From: Podarcis gaigeae | Lineage: Eukaryota | DNA length: 64,000 bases | Reading direction: 5' to 3' (one strand) | Assembly: GCA_964106915.2 (NCBI GenBank) | Contig: OZ066914.1 | Shown: positions 22,150-34,302 of the stretch, piece after piece | How positions within the stretch are numbered: the first letter of the stretch is position 1 | Layout: each line of letters opens with the position of its first letter | Position numbers and translations under genes: made by a program | The notes under the pieces: model-generated | Told to the model about the DNA's origin: nothing | What the model saw: only the letters and a program-made list of their open reading frames with translations | The model's database searches: none

Positions 22150-24556
22150 CTGTAGATAATGAAAAGGTTTTGTTTTGTTAAGAAAACAATATTCACAACT
22201 TTAATGTATATATTACACACATTTCAAAGCATCATGCTTTCATCTTAACTCATTGTTCTGGCCTTCATTACTGCCTACAAGTGCTAAGAATTGCAATAAC
22301 CCTTTTTGAAGCACAAGAATGGGAAAAGCCTGAATTAAATCACAGCCTTCTCCTTTCTTTTATTAAGTGCACCCCCCCCCCCAAAAAAAAATATTATGCA
22401 CAGACAATTTCAACAGAAGCTCTGAGGATCTGAGATGGTGGTAGTATGGCACAGAGAGTAAAGAGAGAAATCTCCAGTTCCTCAAGTTCACTCTTAGGAA
22501 GAACTGGAATGAAAAGTATGATCAGTTCAATATTCACGTTTACTCAGCATGCAGCAAGCCGAACACTGACAATCCTATTCCGACATCACAAAGACAGCCA
22601 GAGTACAGGATGTGATCTTCTCTGTGTGCTTTTCTCAGAGAGCATGGAGAGGGAGTGGTTCTGCTAAGTGGTAACATCTGTTTCCTCTCTCTCCAACTGA
22701 CTGAGATTTGCATTATCAGAGATGGCTTGAGCCCTGGTAGAATGCCCAACTGCGATGGCAGGTTAACTGCAGAAGATTCTCATAAATATGCTCAGCAGCT
22801 ATTCTGCTTTTATTTTTGAAGGGAGGGGGAAATCTTCCGCAAAAGTAACAGCTAGTTGGGAAAAGTAGAGATTCAAGAAACTAGGGGAAATTGTTCCTTA
22901 GGTCTGATAAGGAACAGCTGGAAATTGGGAGGCGGGGTAATGGAGAAGAAGCTATTCCACAACATACAACTGCAGCCATAGATCCTTCTTCATTTGGATA
23001 ACTAAACAAGAGTGTTTAAATGCTGCTTTCCTTTTCCAATAAGTACTGATTAGAATTAGAACAACATACTGAGTTGGCAGTTTGGTAGGTTTAGAGACTG
23101 ACTGGAAAACCAAGTGTAAGTAAAATTTGCCTTTTAAAAAAAAATCAAACTGAGGACCTGAAGTAAGAGGAGAGTTGTGATGCATCCTTCTACCACTCCC
23201 TCCTGTACCTAGCTCTGGGAAGGTTAGTGGAGAAGTGGAGAGGCAGAGGCTCTGTTCTTTGATCTCACCCATGACTTTTCACTGCATGTTCTCTTGAGCC
23301 CTCCTATTCTGTTGCTTTTGGGATCTTGCAGGCAGGAGAATTCTGGGGAAGTGGCTAACATACCCAAATGAGATGTGATGCAGATGTCCCCAGAGTCCCT
23401 TCTCTGTATGGAAGCTCCAGTGAGGGCAGGGGGGTTTACCGTCCTCTTTGTGACCAGCCCAGCATTCAGCCTATCCTAACCCTGAGGAGAGCCGCAGGAT
23501 CTTGTGTTGGCTGAACAAAGCTCTCTTCCCTGAAACCAGAACAGTTTCCTCTTCTAATGGGCCAAGTGTTAACACACACAACTTTGACCTTTGCTACCAG
23601 AAATATTTCCTGGAAGCATGAGGGGAAGTGTGCATGGACAACCTTCACCCACAGCAGTTCAACCCACTTCCCAAACCATGCCTCTTTCCCATGCTCAGTG
23701 TCTTTAGAAAGAGAAAGACAAAGAGACTCACAAAGGGACTCAAGAGAGGTTTAGAGTAAATGGAGTAGCAGGATTCCCCTTACCACTTCCCACCTATTTC
23801 TCCTAATCTAGCGGCCTATAAATCCTGGGGAGGCTGGTAAAGTGTCCTGAGAACACATGGGATGTAGGGTCAGACCTCCACAGAAACCGCCTGTGAAGAG
23901 TTTGGGGCTAGAAGGGGAGCTTGCTCACCACCCTCATCGACTCTGAGCCACTGTAGCAACTTGTCTTGGTATCAGGGAATGAACACAAGCTCTCTCTCCC
24001 CCTTCATTGCCAAATCCTCTATGTGTGGGGTACTGAGCTGAGTCAAAGGAAAGCAAACAGCAGGACATTTGCTTCCTTGCAACCATCCATCTCTCCCCAT
24101 TGAGACTGGCTGAGGTCTTTCGCTTTAGCTCTTCAGAGTGTCCCTGCACCTCCAGGCAGTGTGTATTTAAAACTGCTGGCCTGAACCAGGTTTTGGGGGG
24201 AGCTTACTGTGCACTTGCAGGATATGTTTGAAAGTGGTAAGCAAGCTCTCTTTCACAGAAGCTTGTCTTGCCATTACTCATCTCCTCACTGAAAAAAAGA
24301 TAATGACATCTGCCTTAGCAGTAAAATTAAGCAGACAAGCTTCTATTTCATCATACTCCACACACTGATTTCTGTTCTACAGGAAACCAATACTTCAAAA
24401 GCAAGTTTCTTGTGTTTCCCTTTCTGTCTCCGGCTGTTTTATACATAGAATGACAAAAATGGTAAGGTATTGCATTCCACAAAGCCTTCATGTGAGCTCT
24501 ACACAAATTCCTACCAAGTATTTTAATAGCTTATCCTTCCATCTTGAAATACAGAC

Positions 24557-24650
24557 CTGGTATGCAGAAACTGGAGAAGCAATATATGGCGTGATCGACG
24601 TCTGAGTGATCATTCTGTTTGTTGCAATACTGTATGGCGAATGATAAAAT
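24557..24650 (-). CDS. RBMS1: RBMS1 coding exon 9 (94 nt): (G)[31 protein letters not shown]
   Basis: Peptide match. Acceptor ttttag|A, donor CAG|gtctgt. Confidence 0.96.
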
Positions 24651-24730
24651 CTAAAAGCACAAACACCTTTATTAATACCTTTAAAAGGGTACCATGGAAT
24701 AACTTATATTTATTGTCTGATTGTACATAC

Positions 24731-24780
24731 CCATTTTGTAAAGCAGCTGTAGTTGGATCATACGTAAGTGTCATTCCAGC
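24731..24780 (-). CDS. RBMS1: RBMS1 coding exon 8 (50 nt): AGMTLTYDPTTAALQN(G)
   Basis: Peptide match. Acceptor ctaaag|GCT, donor GG|gtatg. An 80-nt intron follows. Confidence 0.96.
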
Positions 24781-25348
24781 CTTTAGGAAAGGGATAAAAC
24801 ATATACTCAATGAAAAAATTGGCTACCACTCCAAACCAAAACATTAGCACTAGCCCATCTGTCTGAAATAGTCAAAGTTGCCAGTACTGCCTTATGTTTT
24901 GTGAAATTTTGTTGGCACAAGTGATATGCAGTAAGTAACCTGTTTTGGATCTCCCTTATGCATTAAAAGATTATGGACCCAATCCAGAAGCTTCTTGCAA
25001 GGACATGGAGCTTCTGAATACACAAGGGCTTCCTCATTCCCTACAACACCAGGAGAGTTTTGCTTCTATTACGTTGCAATGGCCACTCTGCAATTATACA
25101 CCAAAGTACCATTGGACCCATGTGTGTATCCACTGTATAATTTTTTATTATTTTTATGTGCACCACTAAGAAACTTTTGTAATTAAGCGGCTTATAAATA
25201 CCTTAAATAAAGAAAGTACCATCTCTTTTGAGAAGCTGTTGGTAAGATGTGCCTTGATGAAAACTCTAAAAGGCCCAGCTTACATGCATGTAAAACAGTG
25301 TGCAGGAACACAGCTGAGATGTTAAATTATGTGCAGTAAGTTCTAGAG

Positions 25349-25486
25349 CAGTGGTTGTCAACCTGTGGGTCCCCAGATGTTGTTGGACTACAACTCCCAT
25401 CATCCCTGAGCTCTAGCCTTGCTAGGTAGGGGTGATGGGAGTTGTAGTTCAACAACATTGGGGGACCCACAGGTTGAGAAAGGCTG
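25349..25486. mobile_element. Palindromic hAT (Charlie-like) MITE family E, 138 bp
   Basis: Near end-to-end inverted repeat (GACTACAACTCCCATCA / TGATGGGAGTTGTAGT). Perfect 8-bp TSD TTCTAGAG at 25341-25348 and 25487-25494. Confidence 0.9.
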
Positions 25487-25775
25487 TTCTAGAGTGATGT
25501 ACTAGCAGTGGGGCAGTATTTGCAGCCATTTTATTGGGTCGCCCAACTGGCTCCAGTGTTATTTGCCTTCAGACACCAGGTTAAAAGCTGGTTTTAAAAA
25601 TAAAGACTATTGGGTCAGTGAATCTTGCTTTTCTAAAGCAGATGATTTTCTGCTTCCCTGGATTTCCCCTGATTAATTATATCATGCTGATTTGGTTATA
25701 GATAGTTAACTATTTATCTACTGACTTTGCTAGTGTTTGTGAGCTACTATGTATTATTTAAGAAAAGTCAGCCTT

Positions 25776-25777
<2 letters not shown>

Positions 25778-25813
<36 letters not shown>
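25778..25813. repeat. (AC)18 microsatellite
   Basis: Read directly from the sequence. Confidence 0.95.
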
Positions 25814-25815
<2 letters not shown>

Positions 25816-26237
25816 CAAAAGAAAATACATTCATATAAAATATTTACAATGGGTTGCATTCATATAATTACAATGGGTTGTACTCAACATAGGACTAAGG
25901 AGATAGAAATGTGTGTGCTCATGGAATTATCTCCCCTCCCTTCCTATAGTGCACTGTTCTGGTAGTTTTCCAGTTCCTCAAGAACAGATTCAGGGAGGGT
26001 GTGTAGGGGGAGAAGTACTGCTGGCGGGAATTCCCATTGCACTCATGGGAACCCTAGCACTGGTTTCCGCTAACACAATAGGTTGGTTGAATATGGCCCA
26101 ATATTTTAAACAGTGCATTTAAATATGTCAAGCAACGAAGCGGAATGAAGGATTGTAATATTCCATTGAACAATGCAGGAGGACACCAAGGCAGCACATC
26201 TCTTTGTGACTATTATTTTTTTAATGCACATCCATAG

Positions 26238-26263
26238 ACACACACACACACACACACACACAC
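26238..26263. repeat. (AC)13 microsatellite; reads (UG)13 on the pre-mRNA just after the exon 7 donors
   Basis: Read directly from the sequence. Confidence 0.95.
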
Positions 26264-26290
26264 TAACTAAAGGTTGAGAGGAGGACTTAC

Positions 26291-26406
26291 AAGTCTCACC
26301 TCGCCTTCTCGGTGCCATGCTCTTCCATTCTGTATATATTTGTTCTGATTCTGTCTCTTTTTTTGTCCTCCATCTGCAAACTTGCACAACAAAGGTTCTG
26401 CAGGAG
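26291..26406 (-). CDS. RBMS1: RBMS1 coding exon 7 (107 nt ending at 26300, or 116 nt ending at 26291): (A)[35 protein letters not shown][VRL]
   Basis: LLCKFADGG motif. Acceptor ttttag|CT. Two in-frame donors, GAG|gtgaga and CTT|gtaagt, 9 nt apart. Confidence 0.96.
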
Positions 26407-26877
26407 CTAAAACAACAACAAAACAAACCATTTAGGAATAGTCTACATAATAACCTTTGTGATATAAAAATAAAGTGCATTTCAAAAGTTGTCACTTGTG
26501 AAAAGATGTTACATAGTAGGTTTCCCCCAAATTATTTTGCTTGGAAGCCATAACATTCAGATACATGCTTAGTGCCCAGTGTTTTCATGCATTCCCAAAC
26601 ATCCTGATTGCAAAGATTTGCTATGTTTTAGTAGATACAAGCACTCCAACACACCTACATGTGACATTTCTTCATTATTTCAACAAAGGGCCATAGCTGA
26701 AAAAGGATGGATACATAGAGCTGCTGCATTAATTGATGTAATTTGGAAAGCCTGATTTCTTTAGGAGCTCCACAGATGCATCAGAGCACAATGAGCTGTA
26801 GACTGAAGGAAGGGTCTGCAGTGTGGAATCTGTTTTGATGTTATGATCAAAAAAATAATCTGACAAATGATTTACAC

Positions 26878-27875
26878 TAGGGGTCAGGAAACTTTTTCAG
26901 CAGGGGGCCGGTCTACTGTCCCTTGGACCTTGTGGGGGGCTGAAAAAAATAATAATGAATGAATTCCTATGCACACTGGGAAGAATGGGGTGGGGGAAGG
27001 GCAGGTGTAATAAAATAAAATAGTGTGCATTAAAGCAGGGTGGGGAAGGCTCCTCAACAGACAAGCTCACCCACTACCATGCTGCTCATCCTCCCGCCAC
27101 CCCCCAAAACATACACACACACAGACCCACACACAGACCCACAATCGCCCCACAGAGAAAAGGGAAGCAAGTTCAATATGCAGAGAACAGCCGAGGCGAA
27201 GGAGAGATGGCAGCTCTGGGGAAGCAGCACCAGGGGGGGGGGTGGAGCTGGAAGAAGAGGCAAGGGGGGCAAGTAGTCCCCCCCCCAGCCCTAGCCACCT
27301 TCCCGGTTTGTCGCCTGCCTCATTTGCCGAAGGGTTGGCAGCGGTGGCATGAAACAGGCTTCCTCCCCGCCTAGAGAAAGAGCTGCTGCCGCCACCACTT
27401 TTTGTGAGGTGGGTAGGCAGAGTGAGCTCATCCACTCTGGTCTCTGGCCCACAGGAGCACTAGGGCGGCGGCGGCGATGGCGATGGGAAGAAGATTATTA
27501 TTATTACTACTACTACTATTTCCCCAATGGCCTGACTTAGAGGGAGAACAAGAGGGGAAAGGCTGGTGGGAAAGCAGAGAGAAAGAGAGGAAAGAGGATT
27601 TTTGTCCTTCCACCAACTAACTCCCCATGCGCACTCAGCTTCTGGGGGCACAAAACAATACAAATACTAATAACAATATTAATGATATCGGGGTAAGTGA
27701 GCAAGCAAAAGCCACTGAGGTAAACCAGGCACGGCGTTTGAGTGCCAGAGCCACCACTGCTTGGCCTCTTCCTCCTGCTGCGATTGCCGAGAGTCTCGGC
27801 TTTGTGGCGGGTGGTGGGTTCTTAAATGGCCGGGTGGGCCTGATCTGGCCCAGAGACGTAGTTTGCCAACCCCTG
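26878..27875. mobile_element. Non-autonomous hAT element, about 1 kb, with GC-rich interior
   Basis: Termini TAGGGGTCAGGAAACT ... AGTTTGCCAACCCCTG. Degenerate 8-bp TSD ATTTACAC/GTTTACAG. Confidence 0.75.
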
Positions 27876-29559
27876 GTTTACAGAGAATTCTCCTCTCATT
27901 ATACGTTTCTGGTTACAGATGTGCTATATACGAAGTCACACCTACGTGCTCTGTCACTTCATTGCTAACAGCTAGTCCAACTCAACTTCATCCAAAAATA
28001 CTGTATCTGAGACAAAAGTAGTTTTCTTTGCCTATGGTATTAAGTCTACTTTGGCTTATTCACTCATGCACTTAAGTGATTGAGATGCATGTGTGCAATG
28101 GCCCTAATGAAACCAATGGGGTTTACTTCCAAACAAACAGCTTTAGGGCTGAGGTCAGTCACTTAAATGACTTAAATGACATTTAAACCTGTGTGGGAAG
28201 ACCTAGGATTGGCACCAAATGGCCATAAAAAAGCTACATGTTTATTGTGCTACTTTATGCAACACATGAAAGAAACTAGTTAGATACAGGTATTCACTGA
28301 ACATTATTTACGTAGGTGCTCTGGTTGGATTACTTATATACATTTTTAAATGAGGACACTATAAATTGCTCTCAGGACACACAATATATGTTCTGGCATG
28401 CTTCCGAAGCCAGCAGAATCTTGGAAGGCTAACTCTGAGCTCTGCATTCAAAAGAAAAAGTGGCAAGTTATGAGCAGAAGCCACTTGAATTCATTTCTAT
28501 GGTTTCCATGTCTGGTCCTTTCGTTAAATGAAAACACCCTTTGAGTGTTTCAACAGCATCCCTTTACTTACATATTGTTCCAGTACCACAGATTTCTACA
28601 GAAAAGGGTTCTCTGAGAGAGTAAATTACTTTTGACAACCATGCAACTAATGGTTAAGGGCATAGATACAAAGATGCTGCAAAAGGGTTGAGTGCTTTTT
28701 TAACTCTTTCAAGTTTGAGTGCTTTTTAAACAATTTCCACTGCGCAAGCCAGAAAGGTGACTTTCAGCGTTTTCTGTCTTGTTCTATACAAGTATCATAT
28801 TGCATGATGAGCTAGTGGTGGCTTTTACATAATCTGATAACATATGCAGGTAACCCATGCAAGTATTATTCCGATTTTACAGACATGAAACCCAGGCTGA
28901 AGAATTTCCATGTCCAAGTCAAGCGCTCATGTTCTTCATTATAGTTCTTGTTCTATTTTTGAAGTTTAACACAGGACAATTTCAGGAGTGGCAATGCTTG
29001 TCTCAGTCATACCCCATTACCTAAATGCACCACCTGCATCTGGCTGAAATAGAGTCCTTCTCTCTTTTTCCTTGTTATCCCTAATCACTGAGTGGAAATG
29101 CTGTTATAGTCATGGCTTCTCACACTTTTTGCTAATAATTTCGTTCCTCACAAATCTACAGTTAGGTAATATCCTAGACAGACAAAGATGCCTACAGAAA
29201 TGTGCTGCTTTACGAAATATACAACCCATGTTAGAATTGTGTATGTCAGAAGGATTAAAAACAAAACTCAGATCATGGATGGGTGGCACAGAATCAAACA
29301 ATCAGCTTGAATGTTCCAAGGTGTGGTTTTGACAGCATTGTGAGTTGCACTTAAAATGGTAACTCACATTCTTATGTGCTGTTTGAATCAGCAATGTATA
29401 CTTGGGCTTTCAAACAAATATTTGATGATGTTCCCCACTAAATGTGCCTGAGTAAAATTAGCAATCACAGGGTAAGAGGACAAGCCCTTTATGGATTGAC
29501 TTTTCTCACAGTGGAAGGAATTTCCCCGCAAGGACCTGTAGTAGGAGCAGTGCCTCCAC

Positions 29560-30590
29560 ACTTGTTAATAAATGATCCACATAAGAAGTGAGGCAGACAA
29601 GTCTGCATATGGCACAGAATTATTCAGGGTGGTTAAAACCAGAAAGAGAGTGCAAAAAAAGGGATTGCAAGCGGTTCCAAAAGTGAATGTCTAAACTGAG
29701 TGAATGGGCATTAAAATGGCAAATGCGATTCAAGATAGGTAAGTGCAAGAAGGTGAGCACTGAAGCAAAAAATTTACTAACCCCACATTGATGGGGGTAT
29801 GGGATGGTGGTGAATGATCAGGACAGGGATGAGGTTGTTCTTATTTATTATATTTGTTAATCACGTTTCTAACATTGATTGTGATGAATTAATTGTTCAA
29901 TGAAAATGTCAAACCAGTGTGGCAGTTATGAAAAATGCTAATTCTATGTTAGGGATCATTTGAAAGGCATCGAAAAATAAAATTTGGCACTATTGTAATG
30001 CCTTTATTCAAATCTATGGTATAACTTCACCTGAAATACGGTGTACAATTTGGATCAGAAAGGATACTGTAGAGCTGGAAAAAGTGCAGAAAACGGAAAA
30101 CCAAAATGGCTGCAACTGGGCTAGTCCCACTATGAGGAAAAGTTACAATATCTTTTTTGGAAGAGGCAGGGGAGGGAGTAAAGTGGGAAATGATACAGGC
30201 ATTTAAAAAATCATGTACGCTATGGAGAAAGCAGGTACGAGCTACGTTTTTCTCCCACTCATACAGTATTAGGCCCCTGAGTCATCTAATGAAGATGACT
30301 GTTGGGATATTCAAGATGGAAAAAATGAAGCGCTTCTTCACACAGCACACAGTTAAAACTTATGGAATTTGCTACCATGAGCTAATGAAGGATAATGCAA
30401 TGGCTGCTAGTCAAGTTGGAGGGAAAAGATTGAGGCAAAAATATCCTAGCTCCACATATACATGGATGATGGTGAGTGAGTGATGACTGATGGGGGAAGA
30501 ATAGCAGGAGAGAGCCGTTGGGCTCCAATGCTTGCAGACTTCCCTTAGGCATCTGGTTGGCCTCTGAAGGAAACAGGATGTAATCCAAAA
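29560..30590 (+). mobile_element. Degraded CR1 LINE, 3' ~1 kb of ORF2 plus tail
   Basis: Decayed RT C-terminal motifs (AAACTGAGTGAATGGGC..AAATGGCAAATGCGATTCAA, i.e. KLSEWA.KWQMRF; GAGCTGGAAAAAGTGCAGAA, i.e. ELEKVQ) and the CR1 tail GGCATCTGGTTGGCC. Confidence 0.75.
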
Positions 30591-31471
30591 CATCCGGAGA
30601 GCATCAGGTAGTGGAAGGCTGCTTTAATGTTACCTTGTAGCTACCACAGGCTGTGCCTAAGACTATGGCAGGAAGTGTAATCTTCAGAGTCAATCTGTTT
30701 GTGCGCTCTGAAGTTTTAACGTAGTGTTTCCACATACAAATTTACAAAAAAACCTACTAAAACTAAGTATGCGTGTATTTTTTTACCAGCTGGTCTAGTC
30801 TCCTTGAGTCTGTTTGCACAAGAATTTCCTGACCTGCTTCACACAATCCAGGAGGCCCGACCTCCTTTCTTATAAAACTATTTAGCTATTCCATTTTCAG
30901 TTCCAAACTCTCGTTATTTTAGCTAAGCTGCGCTATGACAGCATGCTTTTCTTAAACAGATGTTCCTCCTCCTCCCACACCTATTCCATTGCCATCTTCT
31001 GGATTCTCCGTCCATTACGACATTTCCCCCATCCAACTGAAATTTGCCAATTTACCCTAGTTTCTTGGCGTTGCAAACATTCTCATGCTGCAGATTATTC
31101 CTTGCCCTTTACCTGGGAAGAGCTTTGCTAATGGTGCGTCTCCTGAACTTGGAAGTGAAGCAATGCCTGCCTCTCTCACAAAGCCAAGAAACAAAGTGAA
31201 GGTCAAATCAGACAGATGACTGAAGACACACATAGGACTCCAGTAACATAACAAGGTCAGCTGAAGGCACATGTAATTATGAGGAAAGGAATGTGGTGTA
31301 GTGGGAAATGGCTTTGACGACCTGCTCTGAGAAGATGTTCATGCTGGGTAGCATACATTATGTGGTGGTCAGGGGAGATCCCGTAGGCCTCCATGTGGGA
31401 TCACCTGCAAGAGCTAAGTCAACCACAAATAACCAACCATTCAAAATTATGCTGCAAGTTCTATAACATCT

Positions 31472-31550
31472 GGGAAAGTGCTATAGTTCAGTGGTAGAGC
31501 ATTTGCTTTGCCTGCAGGGAAGTCCCAGGTTCAACCCTCGGTACCTTCAG
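31472..31550 (+). mobile_element. tRNA-derived SINE head fragment
   Basis: TAGTTCAGTGGTAGAGCA...GTCCCAGGTTCAA (A and B boxes). Confidence 0.6.
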
Positions 31551-31773
31551 TGCTTTGAAGCATTAGCCATGTCCCTCCGAATGGTGATACTAACCTCAAC
31601 CCAGATTTGTCACTAAGTCTGCTGCTATTTGTATAGCTCCACCCAAATGGCCTCTAAAGGCAGCAGAGTCTGTTAAAGGTTAGTTCCTGTAACATGAGAA
31701 CTGAGAGTTTCTTAGTAATGGTAGGAGTATGGCACAGCAAAGGTTAATTTACCTTGTCCCATCAAACTGTCTA

Positions 31774-32015
31774 CAGTGGTACCTCGGGTTAAGTACTTAA
31801 TTCGTTCCGGAGGTCCGTTCTTAACCTGAAACTGTTCTTAACCTGAAGCACCACTTTAGCTAATGGGGCCTCCTGCTGCTGCCACGCTGCCGGAGCACAA
31901 TTTCTGTTCTCATCCTGAAGCAAAGTTCTTAACCTGAAGCACTATTTCTGGATTAGTGGAGTCTGTAACCTGAAGCGTATGTGACCTGAAGCGTATGTAA
32001 CCTGAGGTACCACTG
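31774..32015 (+). mobile_element. MITE family A, copy 3 (242 bp)
   Basis: Same TIRs and interior. Left flank TA, right flank TC. Confidence 0.9.
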
Positions 32016-33204
32016 TCTGCTGGTCAGAGTCAGGCTGCTCAAAAGTGGCTGGTTGCTAAGTCAGCCCAGTTACCCAAACAACAGGTGTTTGGAGTAACAT
32101 GGGAAAAGGAAGTATATTATCTTTCTCTTTTTTTGCACTGGGGGCATCCTGGGAAATTCTACATTGAAACACCATTTTGAAGAATGTGTGGCTACCACCC
32201 ACATCAGAGGGGAGGGGGAGAGGGAGAGAAAAAAAACATGGGATATATAGTCTGAAGGTACATGAGGTCACGACCTTGCTGAAGTTCAGCCGGTCTGAGG
32301 ATGGCCACTGCCTGGATGAACAAGCACCAGGGAATCACATGTATGCAGCCTTGGGCTCCATGATGAAACAAAGACAGGATATAAATGTAAGAAAAATAAA
32401 TAAATGTGAATACCCTACCTTTGATTTCTTTCTTCACATGAATTCTGCCATGCATGCTACTATGTCTATTCTTTCTTATAGGACACAATTTTACTATCCC
32501 CAGAAAGTCAAAGAAAAGCACTATTTATTGTATAGTAAATTTCCTCTCTCACTCTGTTATTGTCTTCTGTCTTTCTGGTCATATTAATTTAGTCCTATCT
32601 AGCAATAATCTGCTACTCCCTGGCAGAGGCTGATAGTAAAAGGGTGTCAACTCTTGGCTTCAAAAGAGCCCATAATAAGAAGTGCAATCAATTATCATGA
32701 GCTGACAGCTTTCCATCATAAGATGGGTTGGGAGTCTCACAGCAGCAAATGAATAAATTAAGCTGCATTAGGAGAACACCTCATGGACCTTTTTTGTTTA
32801 CTTGCTAATTTTTTTGCACCAGAAAGGCGCAAGTTAATTTAGACAGGAAGAGGGGGATCTAAAATTATCATCTTCATTTGGTATTTGGGTATCAGGTTTT
32901 CTCATCGAGGTTCATTCACCTTCAGCGCTATTGAACAAGCTTGCAAAGCCACAGGAAAAAGGGGACTAATTAAAAATAGAAGCCTTATTTGTTCCCCTCC
33001 CTGCACACCTTATCTAGAACTATTTACAGCTGTTGGGAGGACCTGTGCCCGAAGCTTCAGAGCAATCCTTGTAAAGCAGCAGAATGCTACAATACTCAGA
33101 GTAGCAATGGCCTATATTCAGGGTCTTCAGTGTCCAGACTCACATGGTTTTCCAGAAAATGGGATAATGCTTGACTACAAACACAGTAGTTGGATCACTG
33201 GAGT

Positions 33205-33351
33205 CAGTGGCGTAGCGTGGGTTGTCAGCACCCGGGGCACGGCAAGTAATTTGCAACCCCTAACCCGTGGATTTGCGCCCCCTGACCCTAACCCCCAGAT
33301 GTTGCGCCCGGTGCGGCCGGTCCCCCCTGCACCCCCCACGCTACGCCACTG
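33205..33351 (+). mobile_element. hAT (Tip100-like) MITE family C, copy 1 (147 bp)
   Basis: Perfect 17-bp TIR CAGTGGCGTAGCGTGGG and perfect 8-bp TSD ACTGGAGT. Confidence 0.92.
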
Positions 33352-33907
33352 ACTGGAGTCAACAGCACCCTTAATCTCTCTGCCCATACTCAGCAGCAGA
33401 CTGGAGCTGTGTAATACAAATTCAGAGAGCTACCTTCCCTTGTCAGAGTTACAGTATTCTCAGAGCTTCTCCTATTATATGCAAACCTCTATAATGTAAA
33501 GAAAATGCTGCTGTGATCACAGAAATACTACCAGCTATGCCCACTTGCTCAGTTCACAAGTTGCATGTGTCCTCATGAAAGCATTCCGGCAATGATGACT
33601 TGGATGGTCAAGTAAAGGTGTGTGAATTTGTATTGGGTCTAGAAGCCCACTAGCCCACAGGGGAAGGACTCAAGGGAAAGGTAAGAAAGAAGAGATGTTT
33701 CTGCATTCCTGAAATTTCTTCCTCGACCCCCCCAAGGGCCTGAACAGCACAGAGTGTCCTTCTTCAGGGCTCCAGACAGTATGTAACGGGGATATTGTAG
33801 TGCTGTTCACGCTCCTTTTAGAGGTGGTGTTATGCAGGTGCAGCTTGCATAATCTAGTTACAGGAATCATTAGATTGTAAAATTTTCAGAAGAATACTTA
33901 GACCTAC

Positions 33908-33987
33908 CTGAAACTCCTGGGGGTGTTTTAATAAATTTCCCATTAAAATGAGCAATTACTGCTTCACATTTTTCTGTCGATTCCATC
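33908..33987 (-). CDS. RBMS1: RBMS1 coding exon 6 (80 nt): (R)[26 protein letters not shown](A)
   Basis: Peptide match. Acceptor cacag|G, donor G|gtagg. Confidence 0.97.
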
Positions 33988-34302
33988 CTGTGTAAAAGAC
34001 AAAAAAAGAGATAACTGTGTAATATTGACTTGCACATGTTTTGCTTTCTTATTAGGTCACAATGACAAAGCCTCCAGCCCAGTCCAGTCGTAATGACAAA
34101 ACAAGGCTTGGGCAGTATGTGGATAAACATATGACTTGTGCACTCCCTCCATCCCTTTGTGCACTGTGATGTCTTTCCTCATGGCTTGCTGGCCATTGTT
34201 TGCCAACACATGCAAAGCAGGCCAACTGCAGTTTTCTGACAAAAAGGGAGGCAGTGAATCTTAGTAGATGAACCCAAAGCTTGTTCCTGTAGTGCCAAAC
34301 CA

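Noticed and set aside
22177-22184. U12-type intron (branch-like TTCTTAAC before exon 10)
   Set aside because: The intron 9 donor is GTCTGT, not GTATCCTT, so this is read as an ordinary U2 branch point.
23270-24200. Possible decayed LTR/DIRS-like segment in intron 9
   Set aside because: The composition differs from the flanks, but I found no termini, TSD or second copy.
27023-28021. GC-rich ORF cluster or apparent CpG-island first exon
   Set aside because: Enclosed by hAT TIRs and a TSD, with no splice-consistent gene structure. Kept only as transposon cargo.
31472-31550. tRNA gene
   Set aside because: A and B boxes are present but there is no intact cloverleaf or acceptor stem. It matches the SINE head found in several other copies.
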